Both the position numbers and the translations under genes were made by a program. From Octopus vulgaris (taxonomy: Eukaryota): DNA of 64,000 bases. The notes under the pieces were generated by a model. That model was given only the letters and a program-made list of their open reading frames with translations. It did not search any database and had not been told where the DNA came from. The stretch is from positions 72,974,001 to 73,038,000 of the forward strand of contig OX597828.1 of NCBI GenBank assembly GCA_951406725.2, read 5' to 3'. Shown here piece after piece: positions 54,808 through 64,000 of the stretch. Within the stretch, counting starts at the first letter, position 1. Each line of letters begins with the position of its first letter.

Positions 54808-54989
54808 GCAGGAGTGGCGCAGGAGTGGCGCAGGAGTGGCTGTGTGGTAAGTAGCTTGCTTAACAACCACATGGTTCCGAGTTCAGTCCCACTGTGTGGC
54901 ATCTTGGGCAAGTGTCTTCTACTATAGCCTCGGGCCGACCAAAGCCTTGTGAGTAGATTTGGTAGACGGAAACTGAAAGAAGCCCGTCG

Positions 54990-55087
<98 letters not shown>

Positions 55088-55290
55088 TGTGTCTGTGTTT
55101 GTCCCCACCAACATCGCTTGATAACCGATGCTGGTGTGTTTACGTCCCCGTAACTTAACGGTTCGGCAAAAGAGACCGATAGAATAAGTACTAGGCTTAC
55201 AAAGAATAAGTCCTAGGGTCGAATTGCTCGACTAAAGGCGGTGCTCCAGCATGACCGCAGTCAAATGACTGAAACAAGTAAAAGAGTAAT
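54808..55290 (+). mobile_element. family B SINE, full length, with triplicated 5' 11-mer
   Basis: (GCAGGAGTGGC)x3 followed by the canonical element. Confidence 0.93.
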
Positions 55291-56089
55291 GCGATACAAG
55301 TAAAATGGGTTTTTTGTTATGTAATACTTACCTGGATAGTCAAACTTTACTGCGAAAGTGAATAAATAAATTTTTAGTAAGTGTTTAAGATTCATAGTTT
55401 GGATATTTCAGAGTTTGTTTCTCAGACTGTCACATACGTCACGTGAGAATGGCCTATTTTTTTTCTTTTGTTTTATTTTTCTGGATCCAACAGCTTCAAC
55501 GAAACCAACTGCAATCGCTATGGAACGGTACTTATTTGAAGAGAAGGCCAATAATATTCACTTCAAATATGTACAATTCTGAAGCGATTCAGGTTAGATT
55601 TCCCTAAACTACGTGCAGGAAAGATACAATGAAGAAATCCCAGAAATCGAGCAGCGAAAATTCAGGCTCCCGTTCAAATCTGCCGGATGGCACTTGCAGA
55701 GTTATTTGGGGTATGAAACTTTAACAAATACCCAGGAACATTGCGCCACGACGATTCTTACCATTTGTTAATTCTCGCTAAAAAGAGAAAAAATAGGAAA
55801 TTGACGGAAACAAAACGACATAAGACGTTATTAGATTTGTCATTTATATATATGTATAAAAAGTATATATAAAAAATACAAAATGGGACAAGAACGCAAA
55901 AAACACAAAGAGACGACACAAAGAACGGACGGGTCATTCGAAGCCTCTAATCTTCAGTCAGGAACCGGATCGTCCTAGCAAATTTCGGCTGATTAATCCT
56001 GATATCGCTCAGATCCGGCCAGCCCCAAGGAAAAACTAAGCTGCGAGCATTAGGTTTCTTGGGAAAAGGATCGAATGTAATGTATATAC

Positions 56090-56466
56090 TTTTATTCTTT
56101 TACTTGTTTCAGTTTTTGACTGCGGCCATGCTGGAGCTGCGCTTTTAGTCGAACAAATATCCATCCCAAGACTTATTCTTTGTAAGCCTAGTACTTTTTC
56201 TATCGGTGTCTTTTGCCGAACTGCTAAGTTACGGGGATGTAAAAACATCTGCATCACTTGTCAACACACAAATACATACATACATATATATATACATATC
56301 CGATGGGCTTCTTTCAGCTTCCGTCCGCCAGATAACACTCACAAGGCTTTGATCGGCCCGAGACATTAGCGGAAGACACTTGCCCAAGGTGCTACACAGT
56401 GGGACTGAACCTGGACCCATGTGGCTGGAAAGCAAGCTTCTTACCACACAGCTATTCCTGCGCCTA
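56090..56466 (-). mobile_element. family B SINE
   Basis: Both modules present, moderately diverged. Confidence 0.85.
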
Positions 56467-56589
56467 CACACACACACACACACACAAAAACATATATATG
56501 TACACTAAATTTGTATAAAAGTGAAAGAAAACGTAATATCCCATCCAAAAAATAAAAGTATTTCAAAAGATCAAGAGATATCAATTTGA

Positions 56590-57060
56590 ATATGGCTGGG
56601 TGACACCAGTTTACCCTAATTAGCCACCCTCAGCTTCCACCACGACCATTAATTCTTCCATTAATTCACGACCGGAGAATTAGGGGGTAGGAAAATAGGG
56701 CTGTAAAGTTGTAGAAATTCTCTGGCCACCGCTCTTGGCTTCTTCCGGAAGTATAGCAAAGGGCCGAATCCTGCTGCCAGAAATTTGCCCTTTCAGCTAC
56801 AACTCTCTCAAGCTAGGATTTGACCACTGTCTCCAGCAGCAGCTTCTCACAGCCGACGGAATTTTGCTGAAGGTCCTGTTCAAAAGTGTGGAGTGGCATG
56901 ACGTTACCCTTATTGGAGAAACACCCGATGACCAACACACTTTGGGGGAACTTGATTTTCATGTTGTCCATGTCACATCTTACAACCTCTGCTTTCATCA
57001 TACTCGGCTCAAGTCGTCGTAATATCAGTAAGATCTTTCCAGTTTTCTGATGGCTTCCAG
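56590..57060 (-). mobile_element. Tc1/mariner-superfamily transposase relic (catalytic region)
   Basis: KFPQSVLVIGCFSNKGNVMPLHTFEQDL..LLETVVKS, then LERVVAERANFWQQDSALCYTSGRSQ and PNSP, with stops and frameshifts. Confidence 0.8.
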
Positions 57061-57477
57061 CCCTCGATGTCAGTTAATTTTTTCTCGATCACAACGTTAA
57101 AAATTTATGCTTTCCAACGTCATTGACCGTTCAGCAATCCGTTAAGTCATTCTTGAAAAGGAAGAGGCATCGTCAAATTTATCCCGAACACCGTCTACGT
57201 ATATGTACATACACAACACACACGTGTGTGTGTGTGTGTATATATATATTTATATATATATATATATATCTAGTAAATAAAAACGAAGAACAAACACAAA
57301 AAACAACAACGCGAGGACGTGGTACATGTAAAGTATTAGCAGGCGTTCAGCGAAGGAAAGAAAGATGGTTTAACATTTCAAGCAGATGCTCTTCTTCAGA
57401 AACAGAGGAAAGTCCAATAGAAAGGAAGGCGGAGGAAAAAATCGCCAACGATTCACATGTTACATTTTTGTGGTTAC

Positions 57478-57527
<50 letters not shown>

Positions 57528-57796
57528 TACACAAAAAATGAGAGTACTCGGCATATATAATAGGTTAAAGGAAATAGATACGATACTTGGAGCGGTCGCG
57601 TCGCAATAGCGTCTGTTTATTGCCATTCTTTTAGAAGTAGCATCAATGTCTAAGAAGTGGACCTACTGGTACTCAAACACCAGTTGACTTCCACCGTGTA
57701 CACACACAGAAACACACAATTACACCCACCCGCACACGCATGCAAACGTAATTATGAGGATGACCGTAAGTGCAGAAGATATACCGGAAGTTACAA

Positions 57797-57930
<134 letters not shown>

Positions 57931-58670
57931 ATATGTATGTGTACGCACACACACACACATATATATATGACATTGGTGATTAATCCAGTGTATTTACGTC
58001 AACTTCTCAATATGTCTAATATACTTGTCGCAGAATGTCGTCTGCTCAAGTGGTATTACTACTTAAAGGTCCTTGAAATTTCTGAAACGTATGCATTCAT
58101 GGATGTATGTTTTATGTATACATAAATTACAAATTAAAAGCAGCTCAAGCAATGTAAACATTATTGACCGCACATACATAGTGTGTAAGTTCTGTTTATA
58201 CACCAAAATTTACTGCGGGACAGTATTCGGAGAAAACTCCCTACAAAATGCTGAGTGTTAACCTCTTAACATACACATCGTTTTTTACAATTTCCTTGCT
58301 AAGAGTATCACATTTTTAAAATTATTTATTTTAAATCTGTATATAAAGCAGAATAGGTACGCAAATTATTTTGGATCAGTTATGAATTATTATGAAATTA
58401 CTGATAGAAATGATAGCTACCGATAATTATGGATAGACAACGGGAATAACATCATGAAGGGAGTATTTCAGGTTAGAAATAAGTGACAGATACCTCAGAG
58501 TACAGCGAATGTATGCGTTCATTCAAATATATCTCAAACTGTATCTCTGAGTGAAAACGTAAGGGATATTATGTTAAAAGGTTAAAGAACTCTTGAGATT
58601 CTCAGACCAGGAAAGACACATGAATACATACACAGATGCATATGTGCAGCTGTGTGCATCTCTCTCTCTC

Positions 58671-58709
<39 letters not shown>

Positions 58710-58999
58710 TTTTATATATATGTATATGCTTTTATCATTTTACATGTTTCAGTCATTTGACCGCCGTCATGCTGGAGCACTATCTTTAGTAGAACAAATC
58801 AACCCCAGGACTTATTCTTTGTAAGCCTAGTACTTATTCTATCGGTTGTCAAGCGACGATGGGGAGGTAACGAATATATATATATATATATATATATAAA
58901 GATAGATAGATAGATAGATGGATAGATAGATATATAGCGGACTTCTATATATGGCGGGCTTCTTTCAGTTTCTGTTTACCAAATCCACTGACATGGCTC

Positions 59000-59103
<104 letters not shown>

Positions 59104-59126
59104 TATATATATATATATGTATATCA

Positions 59127-59624
59127 TTTCATGCTACTTCATTTTATTAAACACTGAAGTATTTTCATCAGTTTTAAAATGTTGAGCAATCTTCAGCCAC
59201 GTAAAGAATTTTAAAAATTAAATGGACAATGTACATTTTTATACTTATTTGCCAACATTATAAAGAGAGTAGATATATAGACAGAGAGGTTAATTTCATC
59301 ATTAAGAACATGATGGTAGTATGTCCTTCTCCATCCGAAAATTTTTTTATCCCTGAGTTCACTTTGCTATTTAAGATCTTAAATTAGCAAAGTGAACTCA
59401 GGGATAAAAAAAAATTTTCGGATGGAGAAGGACATACTACCTTCTTAATGATGAAATTAACCTCTCTGTCTATATATCTACTCTCTTTATAATGTTGGCA
59501 AATAAGTATAAAAATGTACATTGTCCATTTAATTTTTAAAATTCTTTACGTGGCTGAAGATTGCTCAATATTTTAAAACTGATGAAAATACTTACAGTGT
59601 TTAATAAAATGAAGTAGCATGAAA
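59127..59624. repeat. near-perfect spacer-less palindrome, ~250-bp arms
   Basis: Centre TTTAAGA|TCTTAAA at 59376/59377. The arms differ by a 6-nt indel, three small indels and one substitution. Confidence 0.97.
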
Positions 59625-59632
59625 CAATTGTA
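59579..59632 (+). ncRNA. hammerhead core motif at the outer edge of the palindrome
   Basis: CTGATGA-AAATACTT..AAGTAGCAT-GAAAC-AATT-GTA. Core boxes and palindromic loop III are present, but stem I does not pair. Confidence 0.45.
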
Positions 59633-60087
59633 CCACACTACCTTGGATATCCTTGTTGCTTATTTTGATTATAATCACCCCATTCAATTTATATGGATAA
59701 TACCATACCAAATTCTTGTGCCTTTAACTTAAGTACCATATTCATCTGAATATATATATATATATATACGGCGTGTGGTCTGTGTGTTTGGGTATATGTG
59801 TATGTGTATATGTACGCACATATGCACGTGTGTATGTGTGTGTGTGCATGCGTGTGTTATAGCAACCACGCCAATAATCGGAATGTATGAATCTGACACC
59901 ATTTATTCAGTTAATGGCCTCGATGCTATCATGCCACACATATTCAGTGTATACACACACACACACACACACACACATACACACATATATATATAGAGAG
60001 AGAGAGAGTGAAACGAGGAAACTTTAAAATAGCCAAACGCACACACACACGCACGCACACACACGCATGTACACACACATACACACG

Positions 60088-60141
<54 letters not shown>

Positions 60142-60410
60142 ATGTACATGTATATGTATGTATGTATATATAGTAGCCAATATGAGAATAAGTAAATTTT
60201 TGACAGAACGTGTAATAATTCATTTTTCGAAAAGGGGATCTCGAAGCCCACTAATCTCGAAACGATTGCTAGTATAGGGCTGAAAAACGTTTTGAGTTAA
60301 GACGAAGGACGCATTTTTCAATCCAGGGTCGTTTATTTTTTGCTTAATGTGCCTCAGGCTCCGCTTTTTCCCCCCACAAGAAAGTGATATATAACATGTC
60401 TAAACTGTAC

Positions 60411-60472
<62 letters not shown>

Positions 60473-60531
60473 ATTTGTGCGTTTGTCTGTGTGTTTGTGT
60501 GTGTCTGCATGTGCATATGCATACATACATT

Positions 60532-60583
<52 letters not shown>

Positions 60584-60962
60584 CACTTGAGTTCTTTATG
60601 TTAAAATCCAACGTCAGTTTTTTTTTCATGCTGCTTGTGTCGCTATGTGTGTATATACGTTCATGGGCATCTGTTTTAATGTGCGCCTGTCTATATATAG
60701 ATATATATATACGCACAGACACACTTCAGCGTAATTTACAAAAACAACGAACATCTACTTAGTCTTGTTTCGGTGCGTGTGTACACTTATGGCCATAAGT
60801 ATCAACATTACAGTGTGTGCGTATTGATATTTATATGTGTGTGTGTGTGTATACTTGTATATATAAATATGTGGTGTATAAATAAATGTTCATTAAAAAC
60901 ACATTAACCTGCTATGCAGCTGTCTGCAATTGTACAGCTTGCATCACATGCATAATCTATCA

Positions 60963-60993
<31 letters not shown>

Positions 60994-61006
60994 CATATAT
61001 ATATAC

Positions 61007-61134
<128 letters not shown>

Positions 61135-61271
61135 GCGTGGTTGCGTGTTAAGTAGCTTGCTTCCCAACCATGTAATTCCGGGTTCAGCCCCACGGTGCAT
61201 AAACACACCTGTGTTTACGTCAAAAATGTGGCTAGCTAAATTAATTTGCTAATAATTTAATGACTTATGTA

Positions 61272-61492
61272 TTCTTTTCTAATCTTGGCACAAGGGCCGA
61301 TGTTTTTTTCGGTGGGAGGGGACCAGTCGGTTAGATCGACCCCATTACGCAACTAGTTCTTAATTTATCGACCCCGAAAGGATGAAAGGCAAAGTCGACC
61401 TTGGCGAAATTTGAACTGAGAACGTAAAGACAGACGAAATATTGCTAAATATTTCGTCCGGTGTGCTAACGCTTCTACCAGCTTGCCACCCT
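61272..61492 (-). mobile_element. family A2 SINE
   Basis: GGCACAAGGGCC tail, ATCGACCCCGAAAGGATGAAAGGCAAAGTCGACC core and a degenerate head. Confidence 0.85.
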
Positions 61493-63231
61493 TTAATGAA
61501 TTATTATAACGTTGATGAGACACTTATGTGTGCGTGTGTGTGTGTGCATGTGTGTGTGTGTGTATGTGTGTGTGTGTGTGTGCGTGCGTGTGTGTGTGTG
61601 TGTGTGTTTGTTAGTGTGTTTTCAAGTGTATGCGTAATGCCATATATTTCAGAGTCTGTATGTCGAAACGTACGCTTAGCGTTTGAGTTACTCATTGTAC
61701 TTCTATTTCGACGTTGTTTTTTTTTTTCTAATTGTTTCCGCAATTATTTTATGATTAGTTCATTCTTACGCATTCTTACATCTTGAAAGAATGTCTTTAA
61801 CGAGGAAAAAAAAAGAAGAACGAAAGAAACAACGAATAAGTGTGAAAGAAGAGAAGGATTTAAAGAAACAGAAATTCGATAGCCTTTATTGTGAAGTTTC
61901 TTTCTCTTCCTTTCACCTTTTTTCACCCACTCTCTCTCCTTCTCTCTTCCCATATATGCGTGTGTGTGTGTGTTTGATAGATAGATACGAGAGAGAAGAA
62001 GAAAATGATAGAGAAGAAGGAATAGATTGAGAGATGGACACATAGATATCTGCGCGTGTGCTCACACACACATTTCACTACGATTGTTTTGACATCTCAA
62101 GACGACCCAGCGTAAAAATTATTATCGTCCAAACTGTTTCATACAAGAATACGAAACTTTACACTGGCATTTTATATAAAGTACGCCATATGAATACTAT
62201 CAACTTCATTCATACATACATATATACATGCATAAAGACAGACAGACAGAGAGATAGACTGTCTTGAAATAAACTTAGAAAATCCCTCACTTATGGAGTT
62301 CGTTCATAAACACCAAGCTGGGATATTTCCAACAAACCTATCAAATATAAATTGTTGTTTGGGACAGAGGGCCAAGTTATGTACCGTCATAGAGGTCAGC
62401 TGCTTTGCAGATATAAATATCTCTTTGAAAATCATAGAAAATCATAGAAAAAGAGAAAATCTACAGAGAACTGCTTCGAAACCTCCAGCTTCTCTATCCA
62501 GACTATGAATTCATATTCATACCAATAATAATTGGTGCATTAGGTTTTGTTAGTAAATGCTTAAAGGAGAATCTGGATAAACTGGGATTTTCATTCAGAA
62601 AGCGAAATCGACCGGCTAATTCGTACATTATAAGTGCAATCTGTGAGTGGAACAGTAAAAATATGTAAGACTTTTCTCAAGTTCCAATTGTGAATTTGCC
62701 TGTGTTGACTACATCCCAAAAGATGGAGCCTTGTATCATTGTTGGAATCCGCCTCCCTCCTCAGTTGATTTTTAAAATCCTTAAAAAATAGAAGAGACAT
62801 ACATACACACAGACACATACATACACACACTCATATATACATACATACATACATACAAACATATAAAATTAGTGTAATTCATACACAAAAGAGGTGACCT
62901 TAACAGGACTCCTTACATGCTAAAAGGAGCAGTCAAAGCCCAAACCACCGTTAAGTGTAATTTCGAAGGTGACGAAAGATAAAAACATTTTCAATAGTTA
63001 CCACTTGTCCCTAGGTTTCGAACATTAATGAACAAACAGAATAATTCGCTATCTGTGTTCTCATCATCAAGGGCGCTAATAATTAACGTGTAATTATGGG
63101 ACAAATAGACAGCACATGTCTCATCTTTATACATTATAATTTTTCAAATCCACTGCCCAAGTGCAGATATAATCAGCAGCTAGTAAAAATATTCATCAAT
63201 ATTACGAAAATCATATTAAGAAAACATATAT

Positions 63232-63587
63232 GAATGACCCCCTTGAATGACCCCCTTCGGTCAGACAATGACCATGGGTTTACACCTAGAGAGTTACCCC
63301 CTGAGGCACAAGTCTGGGCAAGGTTGTTTTTTTTATGGAAGACCAGCAGTCGCCCATGCATACCGGCCTCCCCTCTTCACGTCACCGATGTTGTCCAAGA
63401 GAAAGGCAAGGGCCGATACAGCTTGGCACCTGTGACGTCGCAACTCGTTTCTACAGCTGAGTGAACTGGAGCAACGTGAAATAAAGTGTCTTGCTCAAGA
63501 ACACAACACGCAGCCCGGTCCGGGATTCGAGCTCACAATCTCACGATCGTAAGCTCGACGCTCTAACCACTGAGCCACGCGCCTTCA
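63232..63587 (-). mobile_element. family D SINE, full length
   Basis: On the - strand: GAAGGCGCGTGGCTCAGTGGTTAGAGCGTCGAGCTTACGATCGTGAG..GAATCCCGGACCGGG.., ending in a duplicated GGGGTCATTCA. Confidence 0.9.
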
Positions 63588-64000
63588 AACTATATAGGGT
63601 AGAAAAATTAGAGAAATGTTTCTACTAGTGACCAGCATGCATAAAATAGTCAATGGACAACATACTTATCATACAAAATTAGTGTCCATTTAAACACAAA
63701 AGAGGTGACTTTAACAGGACACCTTACATGTTATACACACTTACACTTATATATTAGATATCTAGAGATAGTATATGGATATTCATGGAGACAGATAAGG
63801 GGACAGCAACCCTACACCTCCACCGCCTCACCGTACTTTTTATTTCTCTCACACTCTGGGTTCTCCTTGTTTCTCCCAGTTTTTGTTGCTGTAGAAAACC
63901 ATGGTTATATATGATTTGATTTGATTTTGATTTTTCCAGTTTCAGCTAATGAGCTGTGGCCATGCTGGGGCACCATATATATATATATTTTTAAAATTCA

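Noticed and set aside
55493-55591. Possible next ITIH exon after CAACAG
   Set aside because: The required phase-2 frame stops after about 14 codons and shows no VIT similarity.

Overview
Eukaryotic, AT-rich, very repeat-dense DNA. The SINE families and microsatellite load are of the kind I recognise from octopus (coleoid cephalopod) genomes; this taxonomic call is an inference. Nearly all ORFs in the supplied track are read-throughs of simple repeats. One probable cellular gene lies on the + strand: a signal-peptide exon (42212-42277) splices in frame to a VIT-domain exon (46267-46427) of an inter-alpha-trypsin inhibitor heavy chain (ITIH)-like protein. I found no further exons, so the rest probably lies beyond the window. 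The remainder comprises several modular tRNA-derived SINE families, three 5'-truncated R4/Dong-like retrotransposon relics embedded in (TAA)n, two Tc1/mariner relics, a 4.8 kb (TTC)n tract and several minisatellites. The most unusual signals are dispersed minimal type I hammerhead-ribozyme motifs of the Penelope/retrozyme kind (best at 15855-15925). Two fold-back structures also end at hammerhead cores, including a spacer-less ~500 bp palindrome at 59127-59624.
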